Assembly (NCBI RefSeq): GCF_018977255.1
Contig: NW_024704743.1
Span: 74,464,001-74,528,000 of the forward strand
From: Callorhinchus milii
Lineage: Eukaryota
DNA length: 64,000 nucleotides
Direction: 5' to 3'
Part shown: piece by piece, positions 26,300-64,000 of the stretch
How positions within the stretch are numbered: the first letter of the stretch is position 1
How the letters are laid out: every line of letters begins with the position of its first letter
Position numbers and translations under genes: made by a program
The notes under the pieces: model-generated
The model's input: only the letters and a program-made list of their open reading frames with translations
Told to the model about the DNA's origin: nothing
Database searches by the model: none

Positions 26300-26905
26300 G
26301 ACTGTATGGAGTCCAATTTCAGCTGTATAGAGCATTAGTCAGACTCCATCTGAAGTACTGCGTTCAGTTTTGGGCACCACACCTCAGGAAAGATATATTA
26401 GCCCTGAAGCGGATGCGGCGCAGGTTCACCAGTATGTTACCAGGCCTAAAAGGATTAAGTTACGAGGAAAGGCTGTTTAAACTTGGATTGTATTCCCTTG
26501 AGTTTAGGAGATTGAGGGGTGATTTGATTGCATATATAGATAATAAAGGGATTTGATAAGGTAGATACAGAGAAGCTATTTCCTCTGGTGGGGGAATACA
26601 AGGGGGCATAGTCTTAAAATTAGAACCAGGCCATTTAAAAGTGAAATCAGGAAGCATTTTTTCACTCAAAGGGTGGTAGAAATCTGGAATTCTCTCCCCC
26701 AAAAAGCCAAGGATGCTGGATCCATCCACATCTTTAAGAGTGAGGTTGATAGATTTTTGGTAGGTCAGGATATTAAGGGATATGGGGAGAAAGCGGGAAA
26801 TTGGAATTGAAAGGAATAGTTGAGGTACAGATCAGCCACGATCTAGTTAAATGGTGGAACAGGCCCGAAGGGCTGAACAGCCTCCTCCTGTTCCTAAGTT
26901 CCTAA
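26300..26905 (+). mobile_element. CR1 LINE 3' fragment
   Basis: Degenerate [14 protein letters not shown] and RRLRGDLI coding remnants; tail TTCCTAAGTTCCTAAG. Confidence 0.88.
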
Positions 26906-27619
26906 GACTGGGCAAAAAAACTACAATACAATTTACATTTATGTTACAAGATTGATCTGAATGAAGAAGCGTCTATAGCCCATTCAAACTCAACTCTCCA
27001 GAACACCCAGCCTACCATCCCCCATCAGTGAATCAAGCTGCTTTTTAAATAAGTCTTGTATACCAGCCTCCACCATCTTTCCTGGCAACCTTCATTGATT
27101 ACCCTCTGGATAAACAAAAATTTCCTGGGGTCTGTCTCGAAATTGCCCTTTACAACTCTAAACCTATGTCCTCTTGTTCTACTGTCACAATACATCCTAA
27201 AGTATTGATCTACGTGTACTTTTTCAATCCTATTTTAAATTTTACACATATCTCTGAGGTGCCTTCTTAGTCATCTTCTCTCAAGACCTTGAATATAAGA
27301 CGGCTCACATCGGAGGATGTATCAAAGAATTTTAATTGTTGGTTGCACCGGGGATGGGAGTTGAAGAGGGTGGGGTGCGGAAGATGACTGATTACAGCTC
27401 AATTACAGCTTCAGAGTTACAACTTATCACGACCACTTAATTAATCACACTGTCAATATCCCAACCACGTGTATTTATTTATTTATTTATATGCCTAACT
27501 TGCTACTCCAGATTTCAATTCTAATAATAATAATCTGATTTCAATTCAGATTTGCAATATCAAGACAGAAACCAGGAAGTTTTTGTTTATCCAGATAACT
27601 TGTCACTGTTATTGTAAGT

Positions 27620-27936
27620 GGAGTCCTGTAGCTCAGTAGTTAGAGCACTCGCCTCACAAGCGAGAGACCTGGGTTCGATTCCCGGCAGAGCGAAGCCTTG
27701 GGCAAGTTTCCTTACTCCACAAGCCTGATAATAATCCCTCAAGAAAAAAAAACAATAATAAATTGGTCATTTCAATCCACGACTGTTTGTGGGACACTGC
27801 TGTGCGCAATTGGCTGCAGCGTTTCGCCCACAAATGTACAGTCAATTCACTTTACAGTCTATTCTGTGAAGCGCTTTGAGACGTCTAGAAGACGTGAAAA
27901 GCGCTATATCAAATGCAATGATTATTATTATTATTA
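27620..27936 (+). mobile_element. tRNA-derived SINE, full length
   Basis: A box TAGCTCAGTAG, B box GGTTCGATTCC, (ATT)n tail. Confidence 0.94.
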
Positions 27937-29530
27937 CTGAGTCCTTTTCCCTTGGAGTGAGGAGATATTAGGAGTTCACTGTACATCTTTATGGTATTTG
28001 CTTTCACTGTCAATCTCATTATATTGCTTTATCCAATCCTGGAAACTGTTCTGGGTGGTAATTTCCCCAACATCAGCCGGGTCAAGCTAACCAAGTGAAG
28101 ACAATTAGAGTTTGTTAATCACTTCCTATGAACACAGTTGTTAAACTGTACAGTTAAATACATTACAAGATTAACACTTAAAGGGATGGTGTTGTATCTG
28201 AGGTTCAAATCAGGTATAGTGCAATTAGTCCATCTGTTTGCAAATTAATCTAGTTAACAAAATACACTGTCAGACTGTATTTCTAGGTTAGGTTGACCTT
28301 TCCTTGGGACAAACAAAAAAGCAATTTTCTCCGATATATTGAAACAAATAAAAGATTTGTGTCCAGGAAGACATTACATTTTGCATTGAAGATCTGAAAG
28401 GGATAATAATTAAGAAATGTGTGTGTGTGCACGGGGTGGTGATTCTAAATAATGCAATGGGGATAATGTTCTAAGACCTAAAAGTGCAGTTTGATGGCAA
28501 TAATGCAAATTTATACATGTAAGTATAGAATTTAAATCATTTAATTTAGTAAGAATGTAATGCCCAATTCATATCTCAGCAAAAGTACCCTGGAAATTTT
28601 AGTTACAGTCAACCAGGCTTCAATCTAATGCTAAATTAATGTGACCATCCAACCTTTTTTTTAAAACTGTGTATAATACGATAAGGTATTGATCAGATGC
28701 ACTAATAGATGGGGAGTTATTGCGATGCATCAATAGAGCATAGTCATACCTATTTTTGAATGCTGCATTATGTGGAACAAAAGTACTGTACTGTGCATCA
28801 TATTACAGTACACTGGTGCATTATGCTGAATGCACTCAGTGAATGGATATGAGTACATTTAAGTGGAGGACATACAGGTGCTTGTGCTTTTGCAGCTGTT
28901 ACCAGAGAGGATATCTTCCTCATGACAATGTCTTTCTTCAGGATCCCAAGGAGACTAAAGAGTCAAATTGCATTCCAGGAGGGTGAGCAGTTGCATGTTA
29001 CTATCTAAGGACAGGACAGTTGAATCACAAATAATAATAATAATAATCCTTGCATTTCATACAATATCTTATCATATCCTTGAAACATCTCAATGCGCTT
29101 TCTCAGAATTTTACTTTAAAGTGCGGTTACGAAATGATTAACCAATGAAGCAAATTGATCATCATGGATTTGAGAATGTATTTTGTGCCAATAGCAACAA
29201 GGATGTTTAAGAATCCTAGAACAGGAAGAGGCCTTTTGATCCATTAACCACGTGAAATTAACTGTCACTGAGTGCATTGTGTGACACCAGAGATCAAGAA
29301 TTCACAAGGGAATTAGATCAAATCCTCATTCAGCAAAGATTTGTCTTTGGGGTAGAAAAACAGTCTAGTTCAGTTCAGGACAAAACAAACCAGATAGGCT
29401 GAATATCCTTTGCTTTATTCAGTTTTCATTCTGACCTTCTTTTCTTTTCCTGTTGCTTCCTTAGTTTGTGGTTGTGACAAGGAGGAAGGAGTCGTGATGA
29501 GGAGGTAGCTGCCATGAAAGACAACTGGTG

Positions 29531-29606
29531 AGGTGCTGCAGCTGGTGTTGTGAATCAGGCCGCCATATTTACCGACCGGCTACTTCACAACACCAGGGTT
29601 GCACCT
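29531..29606 (+). ncRNA. MIR138-1: microRNA precursor mir-138-1
   Basis: Exact mature miR-138-5p AGCTGGTGTTGTGAATCAGGCCG at 29540-29562. 3p arm GCTACTTCACAACACCAGGG from 29579 is the -1 paralog type. Basal stem AGGTGC/GCACCT; CNNC motif (CATC) at 29616-29619; syntenic with TOPAZ1. Confidence 0.97.
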
Positions 29607-30449
29607 TGCTGCTGACATCTCATTTGCTGAAATAAAATCCCTCAGAAGAAACCGAGAAACCTGAAAACGCATTGAACACCTCCAATCACGTAAGTGTTGT
29701 CAATCCTCATTATGTAAAAGCTGAAAACAATAAACTATGCAACAATTTTAAAATATACCCAAAGCAGTCCCTCTCCTGTCATCTCACAATGTGTGTTTCA
29801 CCAGGCAATGATCTTTTCATTATTATAATGACCTTTCACGGTCTTATTTGCTGTATTTCTTAGTGGAATTCCTTAATAAGGAATCTTCGTACAATTACAA
29901 TAATAATTCTTGAATTTGACATAATGCTTTTATGTCAGGAGGATGTCTCAAAGCATTTCACTGGAATTTACTACACTGTATAGTATTTGTATTTTTATAG
30001 GCAAAAATGGCAGCCAATTTGTGCATGGCAATTTCCCGCAATTACACTCCATCTCTCAGAGCCGGTCTGGAACCTCCGTGTCTTGTTTGACCGCCAACTG
30101 TCTCTGATAGGCGCAGATTTCTTCCACCTCTGAAAGACAGGCGCTCTAATAAATGTAAATGTACGTTGTATTATATTGTACCCGCTATACCTGTACCCGC
30201 TGTACCTGCACCCACCCTCAGCAATACCCTGGTGTGTGCCCCTGGGCACTGTGCTGCCTGTGTCTGTGGCTGCCACACCTGTTGCCTGTGTTGCTGTGCA
30301 GGGAGCAGGTAGGGCGGGGGCTGTGCTGACCAGGTGGGGGAGGCTGCAGGACAGGAGGGGCTGAGGCTTGACTTTGGGAATCACAGAGCAGGAGGACACA
30401 CAACCCCACACCTGCAGCAGCCAACACTGCAGCTCAGGCTGTCAGGTGA

Positions 30450-31135
30450 GGAGAGGGGAGAGAAGGAGAGGAGAGGGGTAGGAGGAGAGGGGGTGAGAGG
30501 GAAAGGAGGGAGGGAGAAGGGGAATGGGGGAGAGAGGGAGAAGGGGAATGGGGGGGAGAAGGGGAATGGGGGGGAGAAGAAGGGGAATGGGGGGAAGGAG
30601 AAGGGGGAGAGAGGGAGAAGGGGAATGGGGGGAGGGAGAAGGGGGAGAGAGGGAGAAGGGGAATGGGGGGGGAGAAGGGGGAGAGGGAGAAGGGGAATGG
30701 GGGGGAGAAGGGGAATGAGAGGGAGAAGGGGAATGGGGGGAGAAGAAGGGGAATGGGGGGAGGGAGAAGGGGGAGAGAGGGAGAAGGGGAATGGGGGGAG
30801 AAGGGGAATGGGGGGAGAAGAAGGGGAATGGGGGGAGAAGGGGAATGGGGGAGAAGGGGAATGGGGGGGAGAAGTGGGAGAGAGGGAGAAGGGGAATGGG
30901 GGAGAGAGGGAGAAGGGGAATGGGGGCGGAAGAAGGGGAATGGGGGCGGAAGAAGGGGAATGGGGGGAAGGAAGAAGGGGGAGAGAGGGAGAAGGAGAAT
31001 GGGGGGGAGAAGGGGAATGGGGGGGAGAAGGGGAATGGGGGGAGGGGGAAGTAGGGAGGGGGAGAGAAGGGGAATAGGGAGAAAGAGAAGGGAGAGGAGA
31101 GCGTTTGTTTTCTAGGAAGGAGGAGAGGAGGGGTG
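30450..31135. repeat. Polypurine low-complexity tandem repeat, roughly (GGGGAATGGGGGGAGAA)n
   Basis: ~690 bp of almost only G and A on the + strand, with many G4-G7 runs. Confidence 0.95.
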
Positions 31136-31471
31136 TTAGTTTTCTCGGGATGTTTAGTTCTGCAGCCATTTTTTTTGAAAAGCCATATTATTTCATCCAC
31201 AAACATCTGCTAACTTGCAAGACGCATTTGGGGCTCAGGGCTTTATCTCGATACCCCACACATTGTGTAGGAATGCTAAACACCTGTACATGTTAAACCA
31301 CTCCTGAGGTAACTGTTTCGAACAGTAAATAGATACATGTATCTGAGATGTTATGAAAATAGCATTGTTGTATCAACAAGGACAGTTTAGTAATAATTAT
31401 TTCCACTATGATCAAGTGTAATACAGGTATATAGCATATTGTTTTGTAATTTTTTGTAATCTTGACAAGAT

Positions 31472-32240
31472 TCAACAACCACTTTCACGGAGGGGATGGC
31501 ATCTTGGAGCGCTTGACAGTGGCAAAGCTTGATGCCGAGTCAGGGAGAGGAGGAAGGTGACAGTTGTCACGGTCGAAAGGAAGGTCTTCAGTTGTAATCT
31601 GAAAACTGGCAGGGAGGGGGCAAGGTGGAGGGATTGAGTCCCAGTCCGAGAATTCCAGAGCCTCGGGTGTAGTGGCTGAAAACAGGGTCGCTGATGGTGG
31701 AGCAGAGGGGACAAGAAACATTCTGGAGGCCAGAGCCACCTAAGTGAAGGGGGTGGTTAGAGGATTGGGGTGTTGCAGGTTGGAGAGATAGGGAGGTTCT
31801 GGAGCATGAGGTGATTTGTTTATTAGTGTGAGAATCTTGAAATCGATCCGTTCTGCAGTAAGGAGCCAGGACTTGGGGGTGAAAGGGGTGCAGAGTTTAT
31901 GTGGGTGAGGATATAGTGAATGGTGGAGCTAGCAAGACTGTTGAGGGAAAATCCAAGTTGGAGTTGACTTATTCATGGATACGTGTTTCAGCTGCTTTGT
32001 GTGTAAGCTATGGTTGGAGGCAGGCAATTTGGCAGAGGTGAAGGAAAGTGGTCCTGGTCAGGAACCAAATGTGGGGGAGAAAGCAAGGCTGGGGGTGGTC
32101 GAACCTAACTCAGAGGTGACGCACAGGTACGGTAAGTTTTAGGGAAATGAGAGGGAGGTTGAGGAGGTCAGAGCCGCAGAAAATAAGACATTGATGGGAG
32201 CCATGGAGTATGGCTTCAGACTTGTCAATATTCAGCATGT
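31472..32240 (-). mobile_element. Degenerate L2 fragment
   Basis: Remnants of RIDFKIL, PRLWNS and LKT on the minus strand; L2-like 3' end. Confidence 0.75.
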
Positions 32241-32659
32241 TGGATTTTTGACTTGAGCAAGGTCAGTCGAGCAATTTTCATCTGTTCTAATGCTTAGGAG
32301 AAAATAATGTGGCTCAGTAAGCCTCCCAATTCTCTATTTTTAGCGCCCTCTACCTAATTGTGTTTCACAGGATCTGTGGAGGTTTTATATATTTTCCATA
32401 TGCAAATATATTGGGTTACTTTATTTTTCCCGAAAGGCTATTTCACTTTCAGGTATTGATTGACTTCCTGAGCATTTCTCCACATTTTCTGTTCTTATTT
32501 TATCTTATAATCTCTTATTAAGTTCCTTCTGAAAACCAATAGAAATTGCATCCTACTGATCCTCCATCACTTCGATGGTCCTGTCACAGAATTCCATTTG
32601 GTTAGTCAGATATCATTACCTTTCACAGAACCATGCTGACTTTCCCTGTTCAATTCGCA

Positions 32660-33020
32660 TGATCTTGAATTTTTTGGTGTCTGACGCATTCTTAATAGTA
32701 TCTAAACCAGACTGAAAGTTCCACATTTGAATGTTACCTACCCATAGAAATTCATGTGTCTGGAATCGAAATGCACTCTCCCTCCCTGGATGGGACCCAC
32801 ATACTCTATTCCAGAGAGTATTAGGTACAGGTTGGTAAGAGCCAATGCTTGGGGACCCCAAAGTGTGCACTGTGGCACTGCTGGAAAACCTCATAGCTTG
32901 TCTTTGAAACCACTATCTGGCAAGCTTCCCATTGCTTGTCCAGCCAGGACCAGCCTACCTGTTAGGTCTTAGGGTTAGGGAGCTGAGTGATAAGTATCCC
33001 TGCCCCAGTGACTAATTTGC
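32660..33020 (+). repeat. Unclassified ~370-bp interspersed repeat; other copies at ~38240-38920 (split by a SINE) and ~48830-49225
   Basis: Shared blocks: AAACCAGACTGAAAGTTCCA, CCCTGGA, GTATTAGG..CAGGTTGG, GGCACTGCTGGA, CAAGCTTCCCATTGCTTGTCC, GAGCTGAGTG. Confidence 0.75.
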
Positions 33021-33404
33021 CCCCTCCAAGTCCTGCTGATGTTTAGATACTGTGCCCCCAAATCTCTGGAACTACCTATCTATCTTTAAATCCCACTTAA
33101 AGATTTACTTCTTCGACTATGCCTATGGTCACTTCCCCCTTCTCCCCTACTTAGCATCCTTACAGAGTGAAGGACGTTCTATAAATACAAGTTGTGGTAC
33201 GCTAATTGTGTAAAATGTAGCAACATCCTTTCTGTTGAGCTAATGAATATGATTTTTGAGGTTTGCTCCTGCAAAATATTCCCTTCTTTTCCCCTCCCTC
33301 CTTCCCTCCCTGAGAAAGTACAGCTTTGTAAAAGGTTTCTCTTTATAAATAAATTCCTAAGACCCTTAATGAAGGGGATATTTTAAAAAATTTATTCAGT
33401 ATTT

Positions 33405-33730
33405 TTAATAATAATAATCTTGCATTTGATATAGTGCCTTATCATGTCTTTGAGACGTCGCATAGTGCTTCACAGAATATACTGTAAAGTAAATTGACTG
33501 TATATTTTGTGGGCAAAATGCGGCAGCCAATTGCGCACAGCAGTTTCCCACAAACAGTCATGGATTGAAGTGACCAATTTTTCTTTTTTTTTAAGGAATT
33601 ATTAACCCTGGAAAAGTGATCCATCAATCGACTAACAACCGAGTTCCTACTTACTGCTAGATAAACAGAGGCGTGAGGAGTAAGGAAACTTGCCCAACCT
33701 TTGCCCTGCCCGGGAATCAAACCCAGGTCT
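33405..33730 (-). mobile_element. tRNA-derived SINE, variant with a longer central segment
   Basis: Family tail and B-box region present, plus extra sequence at ~33605-33675. Confidence 0.88.
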
Positions 33731-34048
33731 ATTGCTTGTTATTGTGGTACAACACTGTACTGTACTGCCTTTTGTGGCTACGATTTCTGACTGAGATCAG
33801 ATATCTGTGTCCTTCCTGTGTCCTCTGGATACAGACCATCATTATACCAATGTAATACAGCATTGTGTAGACTATCAAATATTTATTCTTAGGGAGATGA
33901 GTTTTAGTACTCAACTACGATTTTATATTGTTAACATGATTTTTATAAAAATTATATATAATTTGCATTTGACAGCTCATTGACAAATTACTTCAAAGAG
34001 TTATATCACTGCCTTTGATGTGTGTTCACTGAAGACAGTTCTTGAATC

Positions 34049-63046
<28,998 letters not shown>

Positions 63047-63074
63047 ATGCAGCAGGAGGATCTTTTTTGGAATG

Positions 63075-63132
63075 AATAAAAAAAAACTCTGAAATGTTGA
63101 CTGTGTGCAATATAGGCAGTCACTGTAATAAA
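63075..63132 (+). terminator. Candidate TOPAZ1 polyadenylation signals (AATAAA at 63075 and 63127)
   Basis: Two canonical hexamers shortly after the stop codon; the second is followed by a T/GT-rich stretch. Confidence 0.55.
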
Positions 63133-63285
63133 ACCCTTTTGTGTCTGAAAAAGTGTGCAGCAAATTTTAGTAAATTAGACATTTAGGGAAGCATGTAGCT
63201 AGGAAAGGAAAGATAATAGTTAGAAAAGGCATTTTCTAAAAGGAACAAAGGGTTTACCCACAAAATACACAGTATTTACAATCTT

Positions 63286-63630
63286 GGAGTCGTGTAGCTC
63301 AGTGGTTAGAGCACTTGCCTCACAAGCGAGAGACCTGGATTCAATTCCCAGCAGGGCGAAACCTTGGGCAAGTTTCCTTACTTCCTTACTTCCTTACTTT
63401 CTTTCCCTCCCTCCACACGCCTGATGATAATCCCTCAAGAAAAAAAAATAAAATGGGTCACTTCAATCCACGACTGTTTGTGGGACACTGCTGTGGGCTG
63501 CTGTGTTTCACCCGAAAATATACAGTCAATTCACTTTACAGTATATTCTGTGAAGCGCTTTGAGATGTCGAGAAGAACTATATCAAATGCAAGGATCATT
63601 ATTACAGTATATTCTGTGAAGCGCTTTGAG
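63286..63630 (+). mobile_element. tRNA-derived SINE with short internal and tail duplications
   Basis: Family head; TTCCTTAC repeated three times; TACAGTATATTCTGTGAAGCGCTTTGAGA repeated after the tail. Confidence 0.9.
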
Positions 63631-64000
63631 ACAACAACAATAACTTGAACTTATATAGTGCCCTCCACTCAGGGCAGCGTCTCGGAACACTTAACGGTGG
63701 TGGAGGCTGACTCCGAGCCAGGGGGAGGTGGCCATAAACACAGCCAAAGAGGAAAGTTTTCAGGTGGGACTTGAAAGGGGAGAGAGGGCGCGAGGCAGAG
63801 GGATTGAGGGAGAGTGTTCCAGAGTTTGGGGGTGTAGTGGCTGAAAGCATGACCTCTGATGGTGAGTCGGAGGGTGCGAGGGATGAGCAGGAGGCCGGTG
63901 CCAGTCGAGCTGGGTGGTGGATTGGGGAGTGAGGAGGTCAGAGAGGTAGGGAGATGCCAGCGAGTGAATGGATTTGAACACGAGTGTGAGTCAATCTGTT
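63631..64000 (-). mobile_element. L2 3' fragment running off the window end
   Basis: FKSIHSLASPYLSDLL, FKSHLKTFLF; (GTT)n tail near 63631. Confidence 0.85.

Noticed and set aside
27620..27692. tRNA gene (A and B boxes, anticodon-like stem CTCGC/GCGAG)
   Set aside because: It is the head of a multicopy SINE. It continues into the SINE body and tail, the acceptor stem is poor, and the anticodon triplet varies between copies (CAC versus TGC).
30334..31206. Long Gly/Glu/Arg-rich and Pro/Ser/Phe-rich ORFs of ~250 aa
   Set aside because: They arise in several frames on both strands because the polypurine repeat lacks stop codons.

Overview
Repeat-rich vertebrate genomic DNA. The SINE, CR1 and L2 content suggests a cartilaginous fish, possibly a chimaera (inference). 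Two real genes can be read on the + strand: a miR-138-1 hairpin (29531-29606) and a TOPAZ1 ortholog. I reconstructed TOPAZ1 by hand as 20 GT-AG coding exons (34049-63046, 4824 nt including stop, 1607 aa); the four small exons between 39471 and 42088 are the least certain. This is the same MIR138-1 then TOPAZ1 order known from human. Most of the rest is CR1 and L2 LINE fragments, tRNA-derived SINEs, Deu-domain SINE relics, a palindromic MITE-like family, a 24-bp minisatellite and a ~690-bp polypurine tract. A ~5.4-kb near-identical tandem duplication at 10827-21497 has a 221-bp junction insert flanked by two blocks of exactly 2500 bp, which points to a gap-filling assembly artefact. I found no clearly new biological system. 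The most interesting biological leads are the exon-like context of miR-138-1 next to TOPAZ1, a triplicated 15-aa motif in TOPAZ1, and a possible PPR/Smr-like architecture of the TOPAZ1 C-terminus.
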